Shown here: positions 38,826-52,314 of the stretch, piece by piece | How the letters are laid out: the number at the start of each line of letters is the position of its first letter | Numbering within the stretch: the first letter of the stretch is position 1 | Assembly: GCF_018350175.1 (NCBI RefSeq) | Contig: NC_058369.1 | Span: 24,492,001 to 24,556,000 of the forward strand | Source: Felis catus | Taxonomy: Eukaryota | Length of the DNA stretch: 64,000 nucleotides | Direction: 5' to 3' | Position numbers and translations under genes: made by a program | Notes under the pieces: generated by a model | Told to the model about the DNA's origin: nothing | Databases searched by the model: none | What the model saw: the letters and a program-made list of their open reading frames with translations, nothing else

Positions 38826-39607
38826 CAGACTTCAAAACAGAAAAGTTTCACCCTTACTACTGCTTTAAGTAACGATCGTTTGGTAATAAAAAGGTGGGGA
38901 AGGAAAACATCATGAAAAGAGTACTATGGTATAGTCCAGTCCTAAGAAGTATACTGAAAACTTAGTTTGTGTAATTCATTAAACCTAAATAAACTATGAG
39001 TAGTGCCCCTTAGTATCAGATACTACTAGATAGAGCAGACAAATTGGGCATTCATTCACTCATTCAACCATTACTGAGCTATGTGCTATTTGACAGACAT
39101 AAGTGTCCTCTCCAAGTCTAAAAAGAAATCTTTCCAGGTTAAATATAAATAAATAAATATTACATGTGTAACATATTTTATTATATATATAAAATATATC
39201 ATTATATTATAATAATATATATTGCTATATATACTGCTTATTTTTAAGAGAGACATAATATCTGAATTTTAATTCTGTACTGCATTTGTTGTTACCATTA
39301 CTTAAAAGAATCTAAGGGAAGCTTTAAAGAGTCATCTGAAATGACAGTACCAAGCTTTACAATCAACTGTTGTATTCATTTTTAGTTTTAAATAGCATTT
39401 CCGCATGCATGTCTGTGCTCTTGGTGGAATTTTAAGTGACTGGGAATACCATGAGGAGTCTTAGATGAATCTTCTTTTTCACATTATAACTTGACCAATA
39501 TAGGGAACTTGCACAGTATAGAAAAGATGTGAATATACTGGTTCCTAAGTAGCTTAATCACTCAAATTCTCTTGTTTCCCCATTTTATCAATGCACTAGA
39601 ATCACAG

Positions 39608-39729
39608 CTGTGCTGACAGCTCAGGGCCTGGAGCCTGGTTCAGATTCTGTGTCTCCCTCTCTCTCTGCCCCTCCCCTGCTCATATGCTCTGTCTCACTCT
39701 CTCTCTCTCTCTCAAAAAATAAACATTAA
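39608..39729 (+). mobile_element. 5'-truncated Can-SINE (host of a nested SINE)
   Basis: ctgtgctgacagctcagggcctggagcc...(CT)n...aaataaacattaa. Confidence 0.9.
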
Positions 39730-39961
39730 GGGGCGCCTGGGTGGCGCAGTCGGTTAAGCATCCGACTTCAGCCAGGTCACGATTTCGCGGTCCGTGAGTT
39801 CGAGCCCCGCGTCAGGCTCTGGGCTGATGGCTCGGAGCCTGGAGCCTGTTTCTGATTCTGTGTCTCCCTCTCTCTGCCCCTCCCCCGTTCATGCTCTGTC
39901 TCTCTCTGTCCCAAAAATAAATAAACATTGGAAAAAAAAAATTTTTTTTAAATAAATAAAT
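39730..39961 (+). mobile_element. Young Can-SINE inserted in the tail of an older SINE
   Basis: GGGGCGCCTGGGTGGCGCAGTCGG, CpG-rich. TSD aaataaacattaa at 39717-39729 and 39962-39974. Confidence 0.95.
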
Positions 39962-42512
39962 AAATAAACATTAAAAAAAATTTGAGTTGACAGTGAAAGT
40001 CCTAAATATTTGATTGAGAATAATACCTCCAATTGAAAACTCTCTCTTTGATGTCTGAGGCCCTGGGTTGATCTCCAACATGATCACTCAGTAGCTATGG
40101 GATGGACCTGACCACACACTAGCTACAGGGTTCCACAGCCTCTAGTGGGCTGTATGACATTAACAGGTTACTTCTGTTTTCTAGGTTTCAGTTTCCAGCT
40201 CTTTTAAAAGCTGCTAAAAATACAAACATCTCACAAAACCATGATAAGGTTAAACAGATAATGCATATCAGATACTTAGCAAGTCCCACTTCAGCACACA
40301 GGAAGCCATCATCTTTAAAAGCCTCTGTTATGAATACACAAACCCAGATTGCAAACCCTCCCAAAACGCAATGGAAAGAAATGAAAGTAGAGTAGGGGAA
40401 AAAATGTGAAATTATGTTTGCCTATATCATATACAAATAAATCCTTTAATCCAGAAGAACTTTCTGGCTTGGCCACCTTGGATGCTAACCTTTTAATAGC
40501 AAATAAAATACTTTGAAAGAACCACCCTAGATTTTCTACAAGCTGGTATATGCATTTTAAAGACACAGCAAATACTGAACAACAGAATCACTGAACATTG
40601 GTGATGAAAGGGATCAGAAAGATAATCATCTTTGCTTCTTTTTAAAGGAGGATAACCTGAGGCCCAAAGAGGGGGACCTCTTGTCACCAAAAGCCACAGC
40701 AGAGATGGCAGCACTGCTAGTTATAAAGCCCAGACCCCAAACTCTCAGCACACTGCTGTGTCCCAGTCTTTGTCTTCTAGCCCCACGCACCAGTTTTATT
40801 TGGTCACTGAACTGCAAAAGGATCCAGTTACCACATAATTAGTGTCAGGGTATGTGCAACAGCTGCCACAAGCCAGATTTCTACACTGGAGTCAAACATC
40901 TTTGGCCCAGAGGCATCCCTTCCACCACACACCACCGATGGTACAGCTGCTGTAACCACAGTCCATACCCAGCAGCTCCAAGACTTCAAGAGTTGGAACA
41001 AATGATTAATTCCAAGAAGGATGAAGTAACTTTTCTCTCTGAAAGGACTTCTTAAAGAATACCTTTAGGGAATTTTGAAAGATATAGCATTCTTCCACCT
41101 GAGAGCTTAAAGACTTTGAAAAGGTTTGAGAGGAATTTTCCCCCCAAAAGTATATGAGATAAATGTCAAGAATGAAGGGGGCCACTCAGGAACCTGGAAA
41201 AGATAATGATAAGTCACAGGAGATCCATGCTATCATTGAGGAAGCCAAAGCAAAAACCAGACAGAAGGAACAGTTCTTTTGCAGATACCATCACAGGAAG
41301 AATATGTTATGTGGCTGAGAAATAAGATCCCTTGATACCAATCCTGAATAATATCAATTTGAGGTTATTTTTATTTTATCTGGATAATTTTTTTACATAT
41401 TATTAAGAGTTTTCCTTAGCAAAGACTCAGAAACCCACATATGCATTCATAAACGTATAGATACATTTCATATGCTTTAAGATTCCTTCTCAAATCTTTA
41501 AACCAGTGAAAGAGAGTACAGTTTTCTCCAAAAGAACAGTAAAAAGTATTCTTAAACAAGGACTGCAAAGGGCCCTTTTCATCCCTGGATATTTATTTTG
41601 TTTTATAATTCATTTGAGACTTTTAAAGTCAGGAAGGGATAAAAAAAAATGGCTTTCAAATTTGAGTCTGGAACAGAGCTAACCTATCAAGTCCAACAGG
41701 GATATAAAGAAAGTATCTAACAGCGCAGACACTGCCGGTGCCCAGAACAAAAGCATTATTGAATGGAAGAAGAATTTAAATTGAAGCAAGTCCTAATGTA
41801 ATACCTTAGTAACTCTAGGTCCTACTGCCATTTTTCCCAATAAGATGAACTATTAGTCCTGGTTTACATAAATTTCAACATACCAGGGCCATCAGCAAGC
41901 TACAGGGAGGCCAATGGCCCTCTTGAGTCCATGCATCTGTAACACCATTTAAAACATGATTGTTCCTCTCACCATCATTTGCCTCCTTAACTGTGGACCC
42001 TACAAAACCAATGGAGGGAGGGGCCGTGAAATGGGTGGAGTCTTTTGCTGTATCTTTGAAGGTTTTCTTTCTTTGGTTTAAAAACCCAAAGGGAAATAGA
42101 GTGGAAAGAATTACAGCCTTCATGGTTTTATAAAGGAGGAAAAAATAAACTTAGGATGAGCTTACAGTTTACAGTCTGTAAAGAGCCTCCTCCCTCATTT
42201 ATTAATCCTTTAAATAACCTTTCCAATCACCTTTTAAAGGGGAAAAGAAAACTCTGTCATTATAGGAGTTGCTGAAATCCAGTATGGGAGACTAGTTAAG
42301 AGCTGAGTCCTGTATCAAGCAAGAACTGGTTCTACCACTGCTTGTCTATAGTTTAATCCCTGGCAAATTATTTTCCCTCAATTTCTTCCACTGTAAAATG
42401 AGGATGATACAAATGTAGTTATGAGTAAGTTTACACATAGGAATATATAAAAATATATTTATAAACAGACACATAGCTTATTATAGTCTATGGATTCAAT
42501 AAACAACTTCTC

Positions 42513-42746
42513 GGAGCGCCTGGGTGGCGCAGTCGGTTAAGCGTCCGACTTCAGCCAGGTCACGATCTCGCGGTCCGTGAGTTTGAGCCCCGCGTCAGGC
42601 TCTGGGCTGATGGCTCCGAGCCTGGAGCCTGTTTCCGATTCTGTGTCTCCCTCTCTCTCTGCCCCTCCCCCGTTCATGCTCTGTCTCTCTCTGTCCCAAA
42701 AATAAATAAAAACATTGAAAAAATAATTTTTTTTAATAAAAATAAA
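42513..42746 (+). mobile_element. Young Can-SINE
   Basis: Perfect 15-bp TSD aataaacaacttctc at 42498-42512 and 42747-42761. Confidence 0.96.
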
Positions 42747-43175
42747 AATAAACAACTTCTCTTAATGTTATAATTAGTGTTAATAGTGAAAACACCATTA
42801 GGCTGGCAAATATCTTTAAAGGTTATTTACCAACATATTCAATAAACTCTAGGCCAGATAACATTTATTCACTTCCTCAGAAAAAAGGCTTTTTCCTTTT
42901 TTTGAAAGATTTTTTAAGGATATGACACAATCTCCCACCAACCCCCTATCAGACAACCATTATGTTACAAAGAATTCTTCTTTCATTTGAGGCCAGAGAG
43001 TCTGAAAGTATAAGTTGGTCATTCATTTTTGCTACAACCACTCCCAGGCAATATTTGCTCACCTCATTGTATGTGCTAAGCACTACGTATGATAAGCCAT
43101 TGAGGATAAAAGGACAGAGAAAGCATGAGACATAGTCCTTGGTCCTGAGACATTCTTAGTCAAGAAAAAGTGACA

Positions 43176-43393
43176 GGGGTGTCTGGGTGGCTCAGTTGGT
43201 TAAGCATCGGACTTTGCTCAGGTCATGATCTCACAGTTCGTGAATTCGAGCCCTGCGTCAGGCTCTGTGCTGACAGCTCAAAGCCTGGAGCCTGCTTCAG
43301 ATTCTGTGTCTCCCTCTCTCTGTACATCCCCTGTTCATACTCTGTCTCTCTCTCTCAAAAATAAATAAACATTTAAAAAATAATAATAAAAAG
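43176..43393 (+). mobile_element. Can-SINE within an L2 relic
   Basis: TSD agaaaaagtgaca at 43163-43175 and 43394-43406. Confidence 0.94.
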
Positions 43394-44236
43394 AGAAAAA
43401 GTGACAAATGGGAAGATCAATAATCACAACAGAAAGGAATGTGAGCATAAGGAAGGGTGTACAATGTGCTAAGGGCAGTGCAGAAGAGGAAGGCATCAAT
43501 CTGGTCTGTGCACAGGCAACAACTCCACAGAGGATGTGAACTTTGAGTGGGACTTAGAATACAGAAGAATTTCCTAAAGGCAAAAAAGGGAAGGTATTCC
43601 AGGCAGGATAAAGGGCTTGGTTAAAGGTGTCAAAGCATGAAAAAAATCAAGGAAAAGAATATAGAGCTTGAGAGCCAAATATAAGATCAAGAGTGGCAGG
43701 AGGCAGTACAAAGGTGGTAATGCTCATCAGTAAAGGACCCAAATGCCATATGAAGAATGCAGACATCATAAAGCAGAGAGTGATGTAAATGGAGTGCTTT
43801 GTACTGCATATTGTAAACTGGGCTTATGAATATATTCTGAGAGGTCTTTGTGTTTTATAAAATTTGAAATTTGTTTAATTTTAATGATAATTTAAAAATA
43901 AAATTACCTGGAAATTAAGATACAACTTTTCTTTGCACTAATAATTTATATTTCATTCATTCATTTATTCATTCACTCAAAAATATCTGTTGAATATCTA
44001 CTATATGCCAGGCACAATCCTAAGCATTGGGGATATAACAATGAGCAAAGAGAGAGAGTACATGACCTCGTGGAACTTAGAATCTCGTAAGGAGAGACAA
44101 TCCATAAACAAAAGTATAGCATATCAAGAAACAGTGCTACACAGATTAATAAAATATAAACATGGTAAGAAGGTGTTAATTTTATACAGGGTAGATCAAT
44201 AGTCAGTCATCCTTCCTCATTAAAATGACATTTCAG

Positions 44237-44460
44237 GGGCGCCTGGGTGGCGCAGTCGGTTAAGCGTCCGACTTCACCCAGGTCACGATCTCGTGGTCCG
44301 TGAGTTCGAGCCACGCGTCAGGCTCTGGGCTGATGGCTCGGAGCCTGGAGCCTGTTTCCGATTCTGTGTCTCCCTCTCTCTCTGCCCCTCCCCCGTTCAT
44401 GCTCTGTCTCTCTCTGTCCCAAAAATAAATAAAAGACATTGAAAAAAAAATTAAAAAAAA
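44237..44460 (+). mobile_element. Young Can-SINE
   Basis: Perfect 15-bp TSD aaaatgacatttcag at 44222-44236 and 44461-44475. Confidence 0.96.
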
Positions 44461-44580
44461 AAAATGACATTTCAGCAAAGACCTGAAGGAGTAAGATATT
44501 TGGAAGATTTTTTCAGAGAATAAGATTTTGTTTCCCCACACTTGTCACAAATATTCTTAAAGGTCTATAAGAATTACTTT

Positions 44581-44806
44581 TAATTTTTTTTTATTTTTTT
44601 ACATTTATTTATTTTTGAGAGACAGAGAGAGACAGAGCACAAGCAGGGGAGGGGCAGAGAGAGAGAAGGAGACACAGAAGCAGAAGCAGACTCCAGATTC
44701 TGCGCTGTCAGCACAGGGCCTGACATGGGGCTCAAACTCACAAACCGTGATATCATGAACTGAGCTGAAGTCAGACACTCAACAGACTGAGCCACCCAGG
44801 CACCCC
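44581..44806 (-). mobile_element. Can-SINE
   Basis: TSD-like tataagaattacttt / tacaagaattatttt. Confidence 0.94.
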
Positions 44807-44999
44807 TACAAGAATTATTTTTAATTTTTACTTTAAAAAGAGTACACATACTCAAGTTTAGGAGAAAAATAGGGAGAAAGTATTTCAGAACTGGAAGGTA
44901 GGTAGCATGAAATGATGGGCAATTAAAAAAATGAGAAAGGTATTGGAATAATCCAAGGGAAATTGGATGGTGAGGGCCCAGAGTGTAACCTTTACTCGG

Positions 45000-46945
45000 C
45001 TTCTAGCAATATGACAGAGCAGATAACTACAAACACCTGGAAAAGCTAGAGAAAATATACAATCAAGAGAAAATACAACAATATCACTTTGTATGCATAG
45101 ACGAGCATGCATGAAAGTAAGAGAGATACTCAAGGGCCAAAAACAAAGAGGAAAATTAAAAATCAGATAAGTGAGAAGAGCTGAGGGTTTGGCTATCAAG
45201 AGACTAGAAAGGGGTAAAGGGAGGTAGCTTGGGTTAACAGCCTTGGAAGTGGGTCAGAATAGGCTCTAAGCAAGTTACAGCTGAGACCTTTCCATAAAAC
45301 CAGATCAGTGAAATGGTGGACATAAAACCTGAACTCTGGGCTCAGGATAAGATACAACTAGTTTCTCCAAGGGTCTACTTTCATGTAAATTTGGGATTCA
45401 TTTTACATTGCCTAAAGATCTGAGAACATCCAAGTAGAGAAATAAAATTACATATGAAAATGATCCCAAGGTGATACTTGGCAAAAACAAACACAAAAGT
45501 GCTCTCAAGGAACAGTCTCTAGACCCAGACCACACAGGATGCCAGAAGTCAAATGATATTCAAAAAGAGAACACCTAAAATATTTCTAAAACTCATTAAA
45601 GATTAAGGGGGGCAAAATGGATAAGTATAATTAAACTCATGCCTTAAGCACAGCAAAGTAAAACTACAAAATGCTAAACACAAAGAGAAGATTTTAAAAG
45701 CATCCAGAGAGAAGGAACAGATTAACTACAAAAGAACAATGTACAATGACAATGGACTTCCCAAGGGAGCAACAATATTATTTCAACAATAGCTTGAAAA
45801 TGCTAAAAGAAAATAACTCTCAACCTTAGAATTTTACTCCCAGTTAATCTGCCATTCAAAAATGAGGATGAAATAAAGATTATCTCCAGACAATAACAGA
45901 GTTTACCACTAACATAAGCCACCTGAAATAACAGTGTGTTTATACTGGCTCATAAGAGCCAAATTTTCAGGAATTTTGAGTCACTTAACAACATATTGGT
46001 AACCAGCACGCTATAAATAACCTTAAAGATATTTCTAGAATAGGTACTTCAAGAAAAAAAGAAAAATGAATATAGAAGGAAGATGGTAAGAATGAAGGAA
46101 AGGTAAGTAAATATGGTAAGTGTTTTAATTCTAAATAAGCATTTACTATATAAGACAATAATAATAAGACAACTTGGAGAATCAGGAGTTTATCAGTCAG
46201 GTGATTGCCTTATGCTACAGTAACAATACCAAAATCTCTATGGCTGAAAACAATAAATATTTACTTCCACTCATGCTAAATATCTTGCAGGAGCTAGCTG
46301 GGGACTCTACCCAGTGTAGCCCCTAAAGGATCTAACCTCAAAACCTTCTTCAACAATTGCCGCACACAAGTCACATAATGAACTACACACTGGCTCTTTA
46401 AGCTTCCTGTTTCTCACATTTCACAGGCCAATGCCAGTCACATGGTCATGCCTAATTTCAAAGGAAAGAGGAAAGTATAAAACTACCATACCCCCAGAGG
46501 GATATAAAAATAAAAACACATAAGATGAGAAGCAAATGGTTAGTGTTTTGTTTTTTTTGTTTTTTTTAGAAAACAGAAGATAAAATCAGTTATCTTTAGA
46601 CAAATTCAAGTGGATATGTTAAAATTTTAAGAGGAACAGCTAAAAGAATAAAGAATACAGTTAAACTTTCAAATCTACAGGAAAGGAGAATAAAGAAAAT
46701 ACAAACAATCAAAAAAGAGGAAAAAAGCCTAGAAAAGGCAGGGTAAGTAGGAACCCCCCCCAAAAAAAAACAGTAGAAATTAATCCAAACATATCAGTAA
46801 TTACAATAAATGTAAATGAAATAAACTTACCACCTAAAAGGACAGAAATCATCTGTTTGTATTCTTTTTAAAGCTGCTGTATCTACACTTAAGAAATATA
46901 CCTAAAATAAGGGTATAGAAAAGTTTAAAGTAAAAAGATGGACTT
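45000..46945 (+). mobile_element. Ancient L1M relic (ORF1 C-terminus and ORF2 endonuclease start) with nested MER63-like (~45933-46020) and MLT1-like (~46190-46500) pieces
   Basis: aaagagaagattttaaaagcatccagagagaa...agaattttactcccag...ccattcaaaaatgagg is ORF1-like. atatcagtaattacaataaatgtaaatgaaataaac resembles the ISIITINVNGLN start of ORF2. Confidence 0.7.
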
Positions 46946-47239
46946 AGAGCACAGGCATGAAATCATACAAGTATCAAAGTCACCTGATCCCAGGTATAAC
47001 CTCACGCAAGTCAATTAACCCCCTCGAGGAGTGGCAGTTTCCTCATCTACAAAATGAGATTCACAACGTTAAATCTGTTCCACATGTGAACAATGTTATA
47101 CAACATTCGTAACACTTCACAATGTTATTTGGTTTAGATGCACTGTGTATAAAGTGCTTCATACAAGGCTTGGTTCACAGCAGCCGCTTGACAAACGATA
47201 GCTATCATCTTAAAATTACCTACCTACCCACACAACAGG

Positions 47240-48194
47240 ATAGAATGTTTATACACAGGGCTTCAATCACTCCTCCAATCCCTTTCCACATGCTCCTTTG
47301 CAACGTGACTTTGCCACTACTCCTATCAAGAAGTCCAGTTTGTATCTCCAACCTTTAAGTCTGGGCTAGTGTTGGGTTTGTTTTGACTACTAGAATTCAG
47401 AGGTGATATCTGTGAGTTCCAAGCCCAGGTAGGCCTCAAGACACCTTGCCACTTCTACTTTTATCATCTTGAGACTTCTACTTCCAGCCAAGATGGAGTT
47501 ACAGAGACATAATAACCTTCTTTTTTGAAACAGCTAACAAATTGGACAATATGTATGAAACAATGGTTTCAAAGACAGTGATCCTGAGAGATGAAAATCA
47601 AATATGGTGAGCACTAAACTGCACAGCCTACTACCTGGCAATAGTGTTCAGGCTGCAACACAGAGAGAATCCCAGGCAAAGATGTATGGTCTGCCTGATT
47701 TGAGGAGATGAAGCTGGTCGTCTGAAAGGAGAAAGTCAACTAGAGTTCATGGGCAGAGAGCTTCAGAGGGTCCCCATTAAGTACTCAGCTATTAATCTTC
47801 ACGTGTGTGAAGAAACTGCCTAAGGCCAGGGAAAGAACCACCCAAAAGGATAGAGGAAACCATACTTGGAGCTACACTTTAGCCCTCTTGATATGAAGAA
47901 GCTCAAGCTACCCTATTTGAGGATAACACACCATGAGAACAAAGACCCAGCAAAAACCCAACACCAACCACTCTGTGGTTGCCTACCATGTCACCAAACA
48001 GCTTCTATCAAATCAACAGAGGACTGCAGCCTCATGATTAACCCTAGAAGAGATCAGCAGAAGAACAACCTAGCTGAACCCAGCCAAGGCCAGACAAAAC
48101 TAATGACCTTCAGAATCACAAGCAAATAAAAAAAGTTGCATTAAGTCACCAAGTTTTGAGCTGATTTATTATGCTGCAATAGAAAGCTGACACA
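47240..48194 (+). mobile_element. MLT1 LTR interrupted by an L1M 5' fragment (~47472-47865)
   Basis: LTR 3' end ttaagtcaccaagttttg...ttatgctgcaatagaaagctgacaca. Internal gacttctacttccagccaagatggag...tatgaaacaatggtttcaaagac is L1M-like. Confidence 0.65.
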
Positions 48195-49349
48195 AAAGAT
48201 GTCTCAATGTTGTATATATAGAAAATGAGCAATAAATATTCAGTAAATGGCCCATCCCTGCCACCCATCAGCAAAAACCAATACCTAAGGGCAGTCAGCC
48301 CCAACGCAGCAGTCATAGCCTTCTTTACTTGCAGGAAGTTAGAACAATTGTGGAAACATATTTTGAATCAGAGAATCCTGAAATATCAGAACTCAAATGT
48401 CACATCCACTGTGAAACATTCTGAAGATTCTGCTGAGGGAAATACCACTTCTTCTTGTTTCCATGGACATTGAGGATAGCCCTGCTGTGGCACCTACATC
48501 AGTGTATTGTGTAGGTCTCCTATCTCAGCAGCAGCTGGTCTCAGGCACAGCTAAGCAGTTCACCTCTTTCTCACTTGCAGTGAGTCACTCAGCCCAATTC
48601 CTGTCCCTAAACAATAACTATATTGGATGCAGCATGCTGGGCTATTTTAATTCTGGAGAAAGAGGTCAGAACACAGAGACAGGATTAAAGGATGACTAAG
48701 GAAGTAGCTCTGTGGTAGTGATGACAAAGGGAGCAGGCTTAAGTTTATCATAAGCCCCTCCCATGCATGACTCACCCTACCCTGGTGGGGAGAAAAGCCA
48801 AGCACAGTCTCAAGAGTCAACAGCCTGAACACAGTTCAAAACTCTGATGAGCCTTCATGCATCTCCAAAGTCAAACTGCTTCAAAATGGGCATCTGTCTG
48901 CTGCTCTCGATCATAGAGGAAACTGACAAGCCAGGAGGTCAAGTTGATCTGAAAAGCCCAGATGAGTCACAGACACCAGATGTAACTGAATCTGTCAGAA
49001 ATCACCCCCTGGCCTCTGGTTTACTCTGAGACCTCAATTCCCATTGCTCTCACTTTTACCCCCTAGGCTCCAGTCACCCCAGCCTCCTTAGTGCTCCTCA
49101 AGTATACCAAGGTGCATCCCTGCCTAGGAGCTGTTGCCTTCACTCTTCCCTCTGCCAGCAATGATCTTCTGCCAGATTTTTGAATGGTTTCCTCCTTCAC
49201 TTTATGTAGTCCTCTGATCAAATGTCATTCCTTAGAGAGGTCATCCTGGGCCACTCCACCTCAGTGAGGTCCCTACAAACACACTGCCATTCTCTATTGC
49301 CTTACCCTGCTTTTTTTTTACCCTCATAGCACATAGCATCACCAGACAT

Positions 49350-49462
49350 TATCTACCTATCTATCTGCCTATCTATCTACATTATCTACCTATCTACCTA
49401 TATATATATATATCTGCATATATGTGTGTGTATGTATGTGTGTGTATATATATATACACACA

Positions 49463-49493
<31 letters not shown>

Positions 49494-49499
49494 TATATA

Positions 49500-49554
<55 letters not shown>
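49350..49554 (+). repeat. Complex (TATC)/(TA)n/(TG)n microsatellite
   Basis: Read directly from the sequence. Confidence 0.93.
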
Positions 49555-49560
<6 letters not shown>

Positions 49561-49631
49561 CAAGTGTGCTTATCTTCTAACTACAATGTAAGCTCCAGTA
49601 GGGCAGGAATTTTGCTATTTTTTAAAAACCA

Positions 49632-49832
49632 GGGGTGCCTGGGAGGCTCAGTTGGTTAAGCATCTGACTTTGGCTCAGGTCATGATCTCGCAGTTTGTGG
49701 GTTCGAGCCCCACATCTGGCTCTGTGATGACAGCTAAGAGCCTAGAGCCTGCTTCAGATTCTATGTCTTCTTCTCTCTCTGCCCCTCCCCCACTCATGCT
49801 CTGTTGCTGTCTCAAAAATAAACATAAAAAAA
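49632..49832 (+). mobile_element. Can-SINE
   Basis: ggggtgcctgggaggctcagttggttaagc...aaaataaacataaaaaaa. Confidence 0.93.
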
Positions 49833-52267
49833 TTTTTTTAAACTGTACACTCAATGCTGACAATGCCACACACCTAGTAGGTGGTCAATAAACATTTGTT
49901 CAGTGAATTAATTTTCTAACTCTAAGATGTCTTCTATGCATTGTAAATGTGTTACCAAGAGTGCTCTATGTGACTGGTTCATGAAAATTATTTCCTCGTT
50001 AGACTGAAATCTCTATAAAGGCAGATGCTATATTGTCTTAGTTACTTACAGACTGTATGTAAAAATAATAATTAACATTTACAAAGTGCTTACTCTGTAC
50101 TGACCCTATACTAAGCTGTTCATATGTACTTTCTCATGTCTTCTTCAAAACAACTTTATAAAGTGAGTACAAGTATCATTCCTTTTTTACAGATGAGGAA
50201 AGTAAGCCTCAGAGAGAAGTCACTCAAGGTCAAGCCAAGATTTGAGTCTGACTCTGGAACCTGGGCTCTTAACCCCAATGCTACATTGTCAAGTAGGAAA
50301 TGCAATGAATGAATGAGTGGATTATGAACTAGAGATGTCTATCACAACTTGCACTGATCGCAGCCTACTCCAAGCCACTCTGTTCATAACCACGCTCCAT
50401 GTCATAAGGTCCTGCTCCTGGCTCCTACCATTCCACAAGCTAAGTTGACCAAGAGATTGGTGCCTCACTCATGGCCTGGCTGGGCTGTCAGATGTCTCTG
50501 CCTGAAAATTAGAACTGGAAACTGAGAACCTGAGCCAGTCAGTAGCGGAATTCCTCAGGAGGACAGGGGAACTTGGCAAACCAAAGCCCCAGGAAAGTCC
50601 AAGTTCTGAGGAAGCAAAATGGACATGGAGAAGGCTGAGATGAAGAGAGAGTGAAGAGAGAACAGAGTAGGAAAGCCACAGAAATGCCCTAAGAGAGAAG
50701 CTGACTTAGATCCCAATAGTGCTTCAGTTTCATTTCCAGTGAACCCCCAGCTTTTTTTCTTGAAGTAGCTTGAACAATCTTAACCTACATAAGCAACCAT
50801 ATTGCAACAGACTGATCAGACCAAAACAAAGTTTAGGATGAGAAATTCTTGTCCAACAGGACCCTCTCTGGAACTGTTATCCAGAACCACTTTGAATTAC
50901 TAACTAATCCTAGATACACAGGAGTGAGTGCTGAGATCTAGATTTCAGGGTTTTCTCTCTCTACCACTGATGATCTTCCGCAGTTCCCAACTTCTGCTGC
51001 CCCTGACTATTTCCTCAACAGAGCTGGTGGGCTCCAAATGATTCTTTTCCCTTTCTTTATTCCCAGACCTCTCATTCCCAGGAATCAGCAGGCTAAAGGC
51101 TGCATTGCTCACAGTTAGGTGAGCCCCACCACTCCTCTATTCCTCTGATCTCTGTGAATTCTTCTCACTCTTGATTTCTTTTCTCAAGGATCCCACAATC
51201 TCTCTCAGAAAGATCTCTGTCAGATCTCTCTCAGAAAGCAATCTGGCTTTCTCAGATCCTTTCTCAGGATCCTCAGTCCATCAAACTAGGTAGGGCTACA
51301 TATGCCTGGATTCCACTTACATTAATTCAGAGCTCAAGTTCTTTCCCACAAATCTTCCATTACACTTGGGAGGCCAAGGAGCATACAAAGGGGATGCTGC
51401 TGCCCAACTGGCTCCTGGCACCTGCTGAGCACTTTCAACTCAGTCCCAGTCAAAGTATCTCCTTACAAGGCCACTGAAAGATAATGTACCCATATTTACA
51501 CACCACTTCTCTAAGCACCCATTCTTGGTGATATCCATGCACTACATATCTCCCTCCTGATTTCCTCAAGGGAATCACAGAAACCCTAACTATAAGAATC
51601 CTAATTCAATCCTTACAGCTTGCATATGATAAAACAAGTCACAATGCAAAGAGGAATCTCAGACCCAAATGAGTAAAGCATGAGTAAGGAGAATTCCTTT
51701 GCAGGATCTACCCTCCTCAAAGCACAACTGGTTAAGTTCAGAAAACACTAACTGAAAAGAACTCTGAACAGTGTTATACAGGAAGCACTGACCAAACAAA
51801 GATAATAAGGTCTAATCTTATTCTTCAAGGTATTTGTAACTCAGTGGGAGAGAGACTGACCCACATATGTACATGATAAGGTAGACATTTGCACATACTC
51901 TACCTGAGACAGAAATAAAGTGCTACAGTAACCTAAATCAGGAGTGTCAAAGAAAAAAAACATGATCATGAAGGCCTCCATGGAGAAGATGGAATTTTAT
52001 TTAATCCTTGAAGGCCTTCCTAATGTTCCAGTCTTAGCTAGAATGCTCTGTCCTCATAGAGCCTTCCACAATATCACAGGCTTCGTTTGTGCTTTGGCTA
52101 TACAACCCCACAGCTTCCTGAACTGTCTTCCACTTTCATAACTGACTCATTATCTTCCATATTTTTCTCACAAGATGCACATTCCATGAAATTAGGTATC
52201 TCATCCTCAGTATCTACCAGAGTGTTTTTCACACTACAGGTACTCATTAAAGAAATATGTGTGAGTA

Positions 52268-52269
<2 letters not shown>

Positions 52270-52312
<43 letters not shown>
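52270..52312 (+). repeat. (TG)n microsatellite
   Basis: Read directly from the sequence. Confidence 0.95.

Positions 52313-52314
<2 letters not shown>

Noticed and set aside
42513..42600. tRNA-like A/B box sequences
   Set aside because: tRNA-derived SINE heads followed by (CT)n and A tails; no complete cloverleaf tRNA gene.
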